The translations under genes were made by a program, and so were the position numbers. The notes under the pieces are model-generated. The model was not told the DNA's origin, searched no databases, and worked only from the letters and a program-made list of their open reading frames with translations. This document shows, piece after piece, positions 1 to 7,180 of a DNA stretch of 64,000 nucleotides. Source of the DNA: an uncultured Phaeodactylibacter sp. (lineage in GTDB: Bacteria; Bacteroidota; Bacteroidia; Chitinophagales; Saprospiraceae). How positions within the stretch are numbered: position 1 is the first letter of the stretch; each line of letters starts with the position of its first letter. Location: positions 2,381-66,380 of the forward strand of contig CAZNHN010000002.1 in NCBI GenBank assembly GCA_964572415.1. Reading direction: 5' to 3'.

Positions 1-941
1 GCTCCCAGCGCCCGCACCGCCAGGACAGCCACCAAAGCCGAGTCTATCCCACCGGAAAGCCCAAGGATAGCCCGCTTAAAGCCCAGTTTCCGGAAGTAAT
101 CGCGGATACCCATCACCAAGGCATCGTGGATGAGAGGCATTTTTTCGCGGGGCTGCAGCTGCTCCCTGCCGCCTTTGGTTACTTCGTCCAGGTCATACAC
201 CCGCACGGCTTCTGTGAAGTAAGGCAACTCGTCAAAGATTTTGCCATCGGGGGAGGCGACCATAGAGCCTCCGTCGAAGAGGATTTCCGTTTGTGCACCG
301 CTGTGGTTGACGTAGAACATAGGAATGCCGTAGCGCTCCACATTGGCCCGGACGACTTTCGTGCGTGACGCGGCCTGCACATAGCTGAAAGGCGACGCGG
401 AAAGGTTGAGAATGAAGTCCGGCTTTTGTGGCATCAATTGATCCATAGGCGAGATAGTGTAGAGCGGATTCTCATTGGCGATGTTCCAGATATCCTCGCA
501 GACGGTGAGAGCAATGCGCTTGCCCTTAAATTCCACCACCTTCCACTCCGAAGCCGGCTCGAAGTAACGGTACTCATCGAAGATATCATAGGTAGGCAGG
601 AGGGTTTTGTGCTGCACCTGCTGCACTTTGCCGTTAGCCAGAAAGAAGGCGGTATTATAATGGTCTTTGCCCTCAACAACAGGGTTCTTGGTTGGAGAGC
701 CTACCACGATCGCAATGCCCTGTGCGGCTTTCGCCAGTTGCTCCACCGTGGCTTCCGCCAATTCAATGAAGTCCTCAAACTCCAGGAAGTCCCGCGGCGG
801 ATAGCCTACAGTTGCCAATTCACTGAAGCAGATGAGGTCGGCCTGTTGGGCTTTGGCTTCCGCAACCGCCTGCAGCATTTTTTGCAGGTTGCCTTCAAAA
901 TTGCCAATGTGGAAGTTGAGTTGTGCAATCGCTATCTTCAT
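1..941 (-). CDS. nadE: Glutamine-dependent NAD+ synthetase (partial, runs off left edge)
   Basis: Not in the ORF track (no stop in window). Manual minus-strand translation from ATG 941 gives MKIAIAQLNFHIGNFEGNLQKMLQAVAEAKAQQADLICFSELATVGYPPRDFLE (nitrilase/CN-hydrolase N-terminus). Near position 1 it reads GIRDYFRKLGFKRAILGLSGGIDSALVAVLA (SGGxDS PP-loop of the synthetase domain). Confidence 0.95.
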   Translation of the reverse strand, partial: MKIAIAQLNFHIGNFEGNLQKMLQAVAEAKAQQADLICFSELATVGYPPRDFLEFEDFIELAEATVEQLAKAAQGIAIVVGSPTKNPVVEGKDHYNTAFFLANGKVQQVQHKTLLPTYDIFDEYRYFEPASEWKVVEFKGKRIALTVCEDIWNIANENPLYTISPMDQLMPQKPDFILNLSASPFSYVQAASRTKVVRANVERYGIPMFYVNHSGAQTEILFDGGSMVASPDGKIFDELPYFTEAVRVYDLDEVTKGGREQLQPREKMPLIHDALVMGIRDYFRKLGFKRAILGLSGGIDSALVAVLAVRALG

Positions 942-963
942 GTATCTTCGTTTGAAATCTAAA

Positions 964-971
964 CAAAGGTA
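964..971 (-). promoter_or_regulatory. Bacteroidota primary-sigma -7 promoter element (TACCTTTG) for nadE
   Basis: Exact TAnnTTTG on the minus strand ~23 nt upstream of the nadE ATG; no clear -33 TTTG seen. Confidence 0.5.
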
Positions 972-1138
972 AGAAAGGATGGTTTTAATCTGAAAATGAC
1001 ACGCAGGAAATTAGAAAGGTATTCGTATAGGATGTTTTAGGATTTATTGAGATCATATCAGACCTTTGCCTTGCCCGGCTTCCGGCGTTTTTTATTGACT
1101 GGCTTCAAGGGCCTTAGTAAAAAAAGTACCATAGACTT

Positions 1139-1918
1139 ATGAGCAAGATAGAGATTCGAACCGTAGAAGTGGTACAGTACCTAAAGCCCCTTAGGGAAGG
1201 TGGCTCTCTGCCAGCCATTGTGGAAGCCGATGACGAGTTTCTGTACGTCCTGAAATTCCGGGGTGCCGGACAGGGCAAAAAAGCCCTGATTGCAGAGCTT
1301 ATCGGAGGGCTGCTGGCTAAGGAGATCGGGCTGAATGTACCGGAGCTGGTCTTCATGAACCTCGACGACTCTTTCAGCAAAACGGAGCCGGACGAAGAGA
1401 TACAGGACTTGCTAAAGTTTAGCGTCGGGCTGAACCTCGGGCTCCACTTCCTTTCCGGGGCCATCACCTACGACCCCCTGGTATCCGAAGCGGATTCTTA
1501 TTCCGCCTCCAAGGTGGTCTTGCTGGACAGCCTGATCAATAATATCGACCGGACCGCAAAAAATACCAACCTGCTCAATTGGAACAGGGAGCTGTGGCTG
1601 ATTGACCACGGTGCCAGCCTATACTTCCACCACAACTGGAAAAACTGGCGTGATTACCTCCTCCGGACTTTCCCCAAAGTGAAAGACCACGTCCTTTTGG
1701 CAAAAGCCAACCACCTTAATGAGGCTTCAGCGGATATCCGGGCAGCCATTGATGAAGCAAAAATCGCCGAAATCATTTCCGTCATCCCCGAAGAATGGCT
1801 GACGGAAGAAGATATGGAGCTCACGCCCGACGAAAAGCGGAACGCCTACCAGGAATTCCTGAACGCGAAGCTGGATAAAATTGATGTATTGGCCAAAGAA
1901 GCTTTAGATGCAAAATAA
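1139..1918 (+). CDS. HipA-like Ser/Thr kinase (HipA_2-type)
   Basis: Gly loop REGGSLP, YVLKF lysine, ALIAE glutamate, catalytic loop LDSLINNIDRTAKNTN, metal-binding LIDHG; 259 aa; overlaps the downstream gene by 11 nt. Confidence 0.85.
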   Translation: MSKIEIRTVEVVQYLKPLREGGSLPAIVEADDEFLYVLKFRGAGQGKKALIAELIGGLLAKEIGLNVPELVFMNLDDSFSKTEPDEEIQDLLKFSVGLNLGLHFLSGAITYDPLVSEADSYSASKVVLLDSLINNIDRTAKNTNLLNWNRELWLIDHGASLYFHHNWKNWRDYLLRTFPKVKDHVLLAKANHLNEASADIRAAIDEAKIAEIISVIPEEWLTEEDMELTPDEKRNAYQEFLNAKLDKIDVLAKEALDAK

Positions 1919-2291
1919 AGTAACCTTCGAATACGCAGTGGTCAGGCTGGTACCCAAAGTAGAGCGGGAGGAGTTCCTGAATATTGGGGTCATTTTGTTT
2001 TCCAAACGAAAGAAGTTCCTCGGTATCAGGTACCAGATCGATGAGGCCAAGGTTACAGCCTTCTCAAAGGAAGTTGACGTAGCTATGATCTATCGCTACC
2101 TGCACGCCTGGGAAGCGGTATGCGCCGGAGGGCGGCAGGGCGGTAAGATTGGCGAACTTGACATGGCCTCCCGTTTCCGGTGGCTGGTAGCCGCCAGAAG
2201 CACTATCATTCAGAGCTCCCCAACCCACCCCGGCTTGTGCAACGACCCCGAAGCCGTGCTCGAAAGACTGTACCAAAGATATGTGCTGTAG
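1908..2291 (+). CDS. DUF3037 domain-containing protein
   Basis: FEYAVVRLVPKVEREEFLNIGVILF and RFRWLVAARSTIIQSSPTHPGLC are typical of DUF3037; translationally coupled to the kinase. Confidence 0.85.
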   Translation: MQNKVTFEYAVVRLVPKVEREEFLNIGVILFSKRKKFLGIRYQIDEAKVTAFSKEVDVAMIYRYLHAWEAVCAGGRQGGKIGELDMASRFRWLVAARSTIIQSSPTHPGLCNDPEAVLERLYQRYVL

Positions 2292-2379
2292 CCCTGCCAG
2301 ATGCTCATTTTTCCATAAACCCGTTCCCGGTACCAACCTACCCCACTCTATTTTGTTAATTTGCCAAAAAATAAGATCA

Positions 2380-2724
2380 ATGAGAAAAGGATTGGTATTT
2401 ATAGCCATTGCAGCGCTAATTTATGCCTGTGGCGGCAGCAGTGCTCCTGCTGAAAGCAACTCCAGCACCGGTGCAAAAGCCGTAGCAGCTGCAGCCAAAC
2501 CAGATGGTGAGAAAATCTACAAGCAATACTGCGTCACCTGCCATGGCCTCTACGGCGATATGGGTGCAAGCGGTGCTTACAACCTGCAGGAATCGGCACT
2601 CACCCTGGAAGAGCGCATCAACGTCATTACCAACGGCCGCAAAGCCATGACCGCCTTCGAAGCACTGCTGGACGAGAAAGAAATCAAGGCAGTCGCCAAA
2701 TACACCATGAAGCTTGGGGAATAG
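2380..2724 (+). CDS. Mono-heme class I cytochrome c lipoprotein
   Basis: Start trimmed to MRKGLVFIAIAALIYAC (lipobox); heme motif CVTCH; distal Met in KAMTAF. Confidence 0.9.
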   Translation: MRKGLVFIAIAALIYACGGSSAPAESNSSTGAKAVAAAAKPDGEKIYKQYCVTCHGLYGDMGASGAYNLQESALTLEERINVITNGRKAMTAFEALLDEKEIKAVAKYTMKLGE

Positions 2725-3832
2725 GCACACCATACTCGGAATAATGTCCGGTAGTTCCCTGGATGGGCTGGATATGGCGCTTTGCACCTTTGAGTTCAAT
2801 GGCCAGGCACTTCAGCATTGGGAAGCCCTTGCATGTGAAGCCCGCCCTTTCCCGGAGAGCTGGGTTCGACGGCTCCGTGCGCTTCCCGCTGGCACTGCCC
2901 GGGAGTTAGCGGTAGCCCACGCCCAATTCGGGCAGTTCCTGGGAGAGCAGGCCAAGGCTTTTCTGGAGGCACAGGCTGTAGACGCTGATGCCATCGCGTC
3001 CCACGGGCACACGATTTTCCACTTCCCTGAATCCGGCGTTTCCACACAAATCGGGGACGGCGCGGCCATCGCGGCAATCACCGGGCGCCCCGCTATCGAC
3101 AACTTCCGCATGCAGGACGTTGCGCTTGGCGGTCAGGGTGCACCCATAGCTCCTGTTGCGGACCAGTACTTGTTTCCAGAGCAGACCTTCATGCTAAACC
3201 TGGGCGGCATAGCCAATATCAGCGCCCGAACGGAGCAAGGTTATGTGGCCTTTGATTGCAGCGGGGCGAATCAGGTGCTCAATGCCCTGGCACAGGAAGC
3301 CGGGCAACCTTACGACAAAGGAGGTTCCATAGCCCGAACAGGGAAACTGCTGCCTGACTTGCTGGACCAAGCGATGGCTTTGCCTTATCATCAGGCTGAC
3401 TTCCCAAAATCGCTGGGCAATGACTGGGTACAGGAACAACTGCTCCCCCTCTACATGGATTACCCGGCTTCTGTGGCAGACCGGCTGCACACCACCTGCT
3501 GGCAAATTGCACAAAGTGTTGACGATAGTATCAGCGCTATAGCGAAAAAAGCCAAACTGCCATCCGAGCCTCACTCCATGCTGCTTACCGGCGGGGGGGC
3601 GTTCAACACGTTTCTGGTGGAGTGCATCCGCGCGAAGTGCGAAAAAACCCGTTCCTTAGCTGTAGAAGTGCCTTCACCCCTAATTATCGAATATAAAGAA
3701 GCCATTTTGATGGCCCTCATGGGTGCCCTGCGCCTGAAAGGGCTGCCCAATACCCTGCCTACAGCTACTGGCAGCACTGCACCAAGCTGCGGTGGCGGGC
3801 TGCATACACCGCCCAAAACGCATAACCGCTAA
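2714..3832 (+). CDS. anmK: Anhydro-N-acetylmuramic acid kinase
   Basis: GIMSGSSLDGLD, ASHGHTIFH, DFR-like NFRMQDVALGGQGAPIAP, LNLGGIAN, LTGGGAFN; TTG start overlapping the cytochrome gene. Confidence 0.93.
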   Translation: MGNRHTILGIMSGSSLDGLDMALCTFEFNGQALQHWEALACEARPFPESWVRRLRALPAGTARELAVAHAQFGQFLGEQAKAFLEAQAVDADAIASHGHTIFHFPESGVSTQIGDGAAIAAITGRPAIDNFRMQDVALGGQGAPIAPVADQYLFPEQTFMLNLGGIANISARTEQGYVAFDCSGANQVLNALAQEAGQPYDKGGSIARTGKLLPDLLDQAMALPYHQADFPKSLGNDWVQEQLLPLYMDYPASVADRLHTTCWQIAQSVDDSISAIAKKAKLPSEPHSMLLTGGGAFNTFLVECIRAKCEKTRSLAVEVPSPLIIEYKEAILMALMGALRLKGLPNTLPTATGSTAPSCGGGLHTPPKTHNR

Positions 3833-4882
3833 ATGGATAAAAACAGCTCCATACTCATCACCGGTGCTACCGGGTTTATCGGTTCTCATCTGCTGCAGCA
3901 GCTCCTGGCGGATGGCTTTGACTGTATCCGGGCCTTCCGCCGGCCGGGCAGCCCGATGGACCTTGTGGCTGACCTGGCTGAGAAAGTAGAATGGGTTGAT
4001 GGCGATATCCTCGATATTTTCGCGCTGGAAGGAGCGATGGAGGGCTGTGACTATATTTTTCATTGTGCGGCCGTCGTCTCTTTTGATCCGGCTGATGCCC
4101 GGTATCTACGTATGGTCAATATCACTGGCACGGCCAATGTGGTGAATACAGCGCTTAAGCTGGGGATAAAGAAATTGCTTTACGTAAGCTCTATCGCGGC
4201 ACTGGGTCGGACCAAGCAGGGCATCACTATATCCGAAACCGCCAAGTGGGAGCGCAGCCCCTTCAACACCCGATACGCGGTCAGCAAATATCAGGGCGAG
4301 ATGGAGGTGTGGCGCGGCTTTGCCGAGGGCCTGGATTTTGCTGTAGTCAATCCTTCCATTGTGCTCGGAAGTGGTTTTTGGGAAAGCGGTCCGGCACATT
4401 TCTTCTCTATGGTCGACGAAGGCTTCCCTTTTTATCCTGTTGGCACGACTGGCCTGGTGGACGTACGCGATGTCGCCTGGTATATGGTCCGGCTGATGGA
4501 AAGCGATATCAAAAACGAGCGCTTCATCCTCAATGCGGAGCACTATCCCTACCGACAACTACTAACGGAGGTAGCGGAAGCATTAGGCGTAAAGCCACCT
4601 AAGTATAAGGTCGGAAAAATCCTGCGCGGTTTATCCTGGCGCCTGGCCTGGCTGCAAGCTAAACTGACCGGCAAGCGCCCGTTTCTTACCCGGGAGACCA
4701 CCCGTAATTCAAGCTGGATTTTCTACTATAACAATCAAAAATCGCTGCAGCACTTCGACTTTGCTTACACCCCCATCGCACAGACCATCCGGGATACGGC
4801 CGAAGCTTACCGGCAGGCAAAAGGCCAGCAAGCGGTGCGCCTTAGCCCCAACCGCCCTTCCATTTCTGAGCAATCCGCCTAG
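3833..4882 (+). CDS. NAD-dependent epimerase/dehydratase (extended SDR)
   Basis: ITGATGFIG Rossmann motif, HCAA, VSSIAA, catalytic YAVSK. Confidence 0.9.
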   Translation: MDKNSSILITGATGFIGSHLLQQLLADGFDCIRAFRRPGSPMDLVADLAEKVEWVDGDILDIFALEGAMEGCDYIFHCAAVVSFDPADARYLRMVNITGTANVVNTALKLGIKKLLYVSSIAALGRTKQGITISETAKWERSPFNTRYAVSKYQGEMEVWRGFAEGLDFAVVNPSIVLGSGFWESGPAHFFSMVDEGFPFYPVGTTGLVDVRDVAWYMVRLMESDIKNERFILNAEHYPYRQLLTEVAEALGVKPPKYKVGKILRGLSWRLAWLQAKLTGKRPFLTRETTRNSSWIFYYNNQKSLQHFDFAYTPIAQTIRDTAEAYRQAKGQQAVRLSPNRPSISEQSA

Positions 4883-5993
4883 CGGTTTCCAGCATATCGT
4901 CTTCCCAATGTTCGACGTTCCAGGCAGTCTCTGCCAGAGGCGAAGCGGACAATTGCGTGCGGGCCTCCCTCAGGCTTACTGCTTTTTCCAATATTCCTGA
5001 CAAGGCCTGCTGCTGTTGGTGCAGGGCTTCATCAGACCGGGGCGTAGCCGACAGGGTGAAAGCTGGTGGTTGGAAATCGTTGAGCGAGGTTGGCTTTCCT
5101 GCTAAATGATTAGGGTGTTGCAGTATGCGGTACATGGTGCGAAAGTCAGCTTGGAAAGCCCGCTGCTGTTCCGGGGTTTCCAGTGCCCCTCCTAGTTGTT
5201 CCAGAACGACATACTTCAAATTCGGGCACTTCGGCAGGGCTTTTTCTAACAAGTCAAATACGGCCTGAGGCACCGTTCCATCGTGGGTATCCCGCCGGAT
5301 TTGGCGATTGCGCTGCCCTGCTGCCGGTTCCCAACTGCCACCGGAAATGTGTATTTCACGCACCCGGTGCAGGGGCATCAGCCGGAGCAGTTCCTCCGCC
5401 GATTGACGGAAGTTGTGGAGCTGGCAGTACAAATTATGGAGATCTAAAATGATAAACCCATTAATTGGTTCCAGCAATTGCTCCAGGAAGTCGCCATGGT
5501 GCTTCACTTCATCGAGTGTATAGGCGAAAGCCAGGTTTTCCAACCCCACCGGACAGCCAGCTGCTGCACTGATGCGTTTGAGACGGTCCCGGCCAAGTTG
5601 CAGGGTTTGGGGTGTGAAAGGTATACCCAGGGGTGCCCCCTTGTGAAAATCAGCACCAGTCATGAAGCCAAAATGCTCCGTCACATGATCAAAACGATAC
5701 ACTTCAGAAAGCGCTTTCAGCCGGTCGAGCCATTGCTGCTGCTCCGCATTCCAACGACCGGAAAAGAGCGAGAAAAAGACCCCGTGGCCTACGAGCCGCC
5801 CCTCCCCACTGTAGGCCTGGATGAGGGCGGAAAACCAGTCCGGTATTTCCGGAAACGAAAAAAGGGCATCGAAGGACCACTCCAATGCCTCCACCTGCCC
5901 TGCTGCGAGCAAAGGGTGAGCGGCCCGCAGCAGGTTGGTGTCTAAATTACAAGCGAGGGTAGCGCGTGGGCGCTGTAAACCGGAATGCTCCAT
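4842..5993 (-). CDS. DUF692 multinuclear non-heme iron oxidative enzyme (MNIO; ChrH/MbnB/TglH family)
   Basis: Iron-ligand motifs TEHFGF, GLENL, LDLHNLY, EIHISGG, DTHD, VLE. Start placed at ATG 5993, 2 nt after the precursor stop (the ORF track starts at 6020, inside the precursor). Confidence 0.92.
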   Translation of the reverse strand: MEHSGLQRPRATLACNLDTNLLRAAHPLLAAGQVEALEWSFDALFSFPEIPDWFSALIQAYSGEGRLVGHGVFFSLFSGRWNAEQQQWLDRLKALSEVYRFDHVTEHFGFMTGADFHKGAPLGIPFTPQTLQLGRDRLKRISAAAGCPVGLENLAFAYTLDEVKHHGDFLEQLLEPINGFIILDLHNLYCQLHNFRQSAEELLRLMPLHRVREIHISGGSWEPAAGQRNRQIRRDTHDGTVPQAVFDLLEKALPKCPNLKYVVLEQLGGALETPEQQRAFQADFRTMYRILQHPNHLAGKPTSLNDFQPPAFTLSATPRSDEALHQQQQALSGILEKAVSLREARTQLSASPLAETAWNVEHWEDDMLETARRIAQKWKGGWG

Positions 5994-5995
5994 GC

Positions 5996-6190
5996 TTAGC
6001 CCATTCCGCAAGCCGGGCAATTGTACCAGGGCTTGTCGCCATCATCTGTTGGGCAGCGGTCATCTTCGGCTGCCTTTTCGGTGTCGGGCTTGACCTCATC
6101 GGAGTTGTCAAGTAGAGTGCAGGATGTGGCGCTGCCGCCCAGGGCAACCCCCAGCGCGATGGCTTGAAGCAGTGATTTGGATACTTTCAT
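5996..6190 (-). CDS. Chryseobasin (ChrA)-like RiPP precursor with lipoprotein-type signal and C-terminal CPACGMG
   Basis: MKVSKSLLQAIALGVALGGSATSC...PWYNCPACGMG; 64 aa; immediately upstream of the DUF692 gene on the same strand. Confidence 0.9.
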   Translation of the reverse strand: MKVSKSLLQAIALGVALGGSATSCTLLDNSDEVKPDTEKAAEDDRCPTDDGDKPWYNCPACGMG

Positions 6191-6336
6191 GGTCAGAAGG
6201 TTTTAAAAATTAAGTCAGGTGATTTCAGGGGAACGACCTGCTGTGGCAGGCTTCCGGGGTTAGAGATGTAGGAGAAGGGCAAAAGGGTTGGGTAAGAAAC
6301 CGGATTTTTTCAATTCATTCAAATTGTGCTTGATGG

Positions 6337-6921
6337 TCAGTATCCCACCTCACGGTACTCCGCCACTAACCGAAAGCCTGTCCAGGCATTAGGCTCATCA
6401 GCCCGGAACGAAACATACTGAGCAACATCAGCGGGCCTATGAAACCAACTTCCTCCCAGGGTGATACCCGGGGCAGCTGACCATTCTGCAACATTGCCGC
6501 TTAGGTGCCGGATATACTTGAGGCTATCCGGCAGAATCCCCGAGCCGGCGCTCGCCACAGGAAGCCTTATGACTCTCTCCTGTGTACAGGGATTTTGCCC
6601 GGCATTAACGGGCTCTTCACAATCCAGCTGGCATTCTTTCTGATAACGCCTCAGGACTTCTTCGTTGTAAGCTTTGGCTTTTTTCCGGTCTTCTTCGGAA
6701 GGGAGCCGGTAGTGAATGTAGCGGGCGAGCGTGGGGTGGGGCGCACACCAACGGTATTTTCCGGATAAATAGCGCTCTATCGTAAAATGATTGCGAGGCC
6801 CCGGATCCGGATGAAAAGGAATGACCTCAAAGTGGCGTAAAACCAGTTCCAGGATTCGGTCCGCCCGCCATTTTGCGTAAGCTATAGCCTGGGTACGGCT
6901 CACCCCAACTGTAAAAAACAT
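6337..6921 (-). CDS. FGE-sulfatase (SUMF1/GldJ-K-like) domain protein, apparently N-terminally truncated
   Basis: VGVSRTQAIAYAKWR, HLSGNVAEWS, LGGSW and TGFRLV are FGE-fold signatures. The ORF begins abruptly at the first of these motifs, with an in-frame TAA just upstream. Confidence 0.65.
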   Translation of the reverse strand: MFFTVGVSRTQAIAYAKWRADRILELVLRHFEVIPFHPDPGPRNHFTIERYLSGKYRWCAPHPTLARYIHYRLPSEEDRKKAKAYNEEVLRRYQKECQLDCEEPVNAGQNPCTQERVIRLPVASAGSGILPDSLKYIRHLSGNVAEWSAAPGITLGGSWFHRPADVAQYVSFRADEPNAWTGFRLVAEYREVGY

Positions 6922-7180
6922 CTGTTAATGTAGCTGTATCCATCTATCCGTTTTAACGGAATTTCCTCCTATAGAATATAATGGGCGGCAGCAACTGAAT
7001 TTCCGCAAATCGGTTGCTCCGTATTCCCCTCATCCCTGGGTGATCATGGAATAAGGGCAAGAACCATAAAAACTAATAGTATGAATCCCCCCTTATATCG
7101 CCCAAAGCCCCTCATTCTTCGAGTTTCCACATCCAAAGCCCCCTGTGACATGTTCACTAAAAGAATAAGCATTGCATACT

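Noticed and set aside
126-962. Plus-strand ORFs 126..368 and 426..962
   Set aside because: They lie antisense to nadE, which is open across the region and has clear motifs.
3833-4882. Epimerase as part of the RiPP cluster
   Set aside because: Opposite strand, coupled to anmK, and a generic SDR; the 41-nt 3' overlap is only convergent packing.
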